NCBI GenBank assembly: GCA_010093995.1
Contig: ML992506.1
Coordinates: 1,083,124 to 1,103,123, forward strand
Direction: 5' to 3'
From: Elsinoe ampelina
Taxonomy: Eukaryota
Length of the DNA: 20,000 nucleotides
The notes under the pieces were generated by a model. It was not told the DNA's origin. It ran no database searches and saw only the letters and a list, made by a program, of their open reading frames with translations. The translations under genes and the position numbers were made by a program. Numbering within the stretch: the stretch's first letter is position 1; each line of letters opens with the position of its first letter. Below, one piece after another: positions 19,197 through 20,000 of the stretch.

Positions 19197-20000
19197 TATT
19201 GTCTTAATCTAGTGTTATTTAGGAGTTCTATTAATTTAGTTATCTCTTAGTTTATTAGGTTAAGTATTTATATAGTTATAATCTACCTTAGTTTAGTAGA
19301 TTAGGTAGTAATTAATCCTTTTTTCTCCCCTACACAAGTTAATAGTTATAAGCCTAGTATAACTACCTCTATATAAGTATATTACTTAGTTACTTTCCTA
19401 CTATATTTATTAGTTAATTCTTTACTATTTTACTTTTTAAGTATTAGAATCTATTAAGAACTACCTTAACTATAACTACAGGATTTAGGTGTTAATAAAG
19501 GGATAAATAACTATAGCTACTAATACCTTAATAGCTAAAACACTTATTATTCTTGCTATATTAGCTAAATAGACTAGCTAGCTATATATTATTAAGATAA
19601 GAGCATTAAATACTAAGATATAGAACCTTATTAATCCCTAGAAGACTATTAAACTAGAAGGGCTTCCTAAGCCTTAAAGGCTAAAGGTAGTAAATACTAA
19701 CTTCTTAGTACTCTTCTAGATATATAAGAAGGAATAAATATAGTATAATAAATAGCTTAAGGCCTTAGCAGATCTTATAAGCCTTATTTAGTTATTAATT
19801 GTACTATAAGTTCTTATTATTATTTAACTAGAAAGGGATTCTTATCTCTAGGCTATTCTTAGAGCATTAAAGAACAGATTTACTCTATCTAATATAGCTA
19901 TTTAGCTTAAGGTTAAAGCACTTTAAAGGAAGTAGCTATTTAGTTCTTCCTTATAAAATATAGACTATTAGCTTTAGTAATAGAAAGAGGTTATAGATAA
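19197..20000 (+). mobile_element. RIP-mutated Ty1/Copia LTR retrotransposon relic (5' LTR, PBS, start of gag); continues beyond the window
   Basis: Abrupt switch to AT-rich DNA with TpA excess and CpA/TpG/CpG depletion. The LTR end TTAATA at 19339-19344 (from TCAACA) is followed by GTTATAAGCCTAG at 19345-19357 (from GTTATGAGCCCAG). A single frame from 19513 has only TAA/TAG stops and a gag-like pattern. The left boundary is uncertain (about 19165-19213). Confidence 0.8.
19513..20000 (+). pseudogene. gag: RIP-inactivated Copia gag
   Basis: The frame reads IILAILAK*TS*LYIIKIRALNTKI*NLINP...YNK*LKALADL...L*AILRALKNRFTLSN...NIDY*L***KE. Reverting TAG to TGG or CAG gives W-x2-W-x3-IK-x2-A-x5-W-x4-P, LRALKNRFAP and WLQQW, recalled as fungal Copia gag patterns. 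Confidence 0.7.

Overview
Gene-dense fungal genomic DNA, inferred to be from a filamentous ascomycete: introns are about 45-76 nt and the right end carries a RIP signature. Ten spliced protein-coding genes were reconstructed by hand. In order they are an aldehyde dehydrogenase (5' part, -), BolA (+), SYM1/Mpv17 (-), NPT1 (+), an Sso1-type syntaxin (+), SPT5 (-), succinate-semialdehyde dehydrogenase (-), a 131-aa protein with degenerate Cu/Zn-SOD/CCS-fold motifs that the ORF track splits (-), an Atg28-like coiled-coil protein (+) and a Baeyer-Villiger monooxygenase (-). The last ~0.8 kb is a RIP-destroyed Ty1/Copia retrotransposon whose LTR end, primer-binding site and gag start are still readable. 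The most notable observations are: (1) the pseudo-SOD keeps dimer-interface motifs but has lost most metal ligands; (2) the syntaxin has a spliceable luminal tail containing a KR site; (3) three genes have an in-frame two-ATG layout suggesting mitochondrial and cytosolic forms; (4) there is a probable GC-AG intron. All product calls come from motif recognition; no database search was run.
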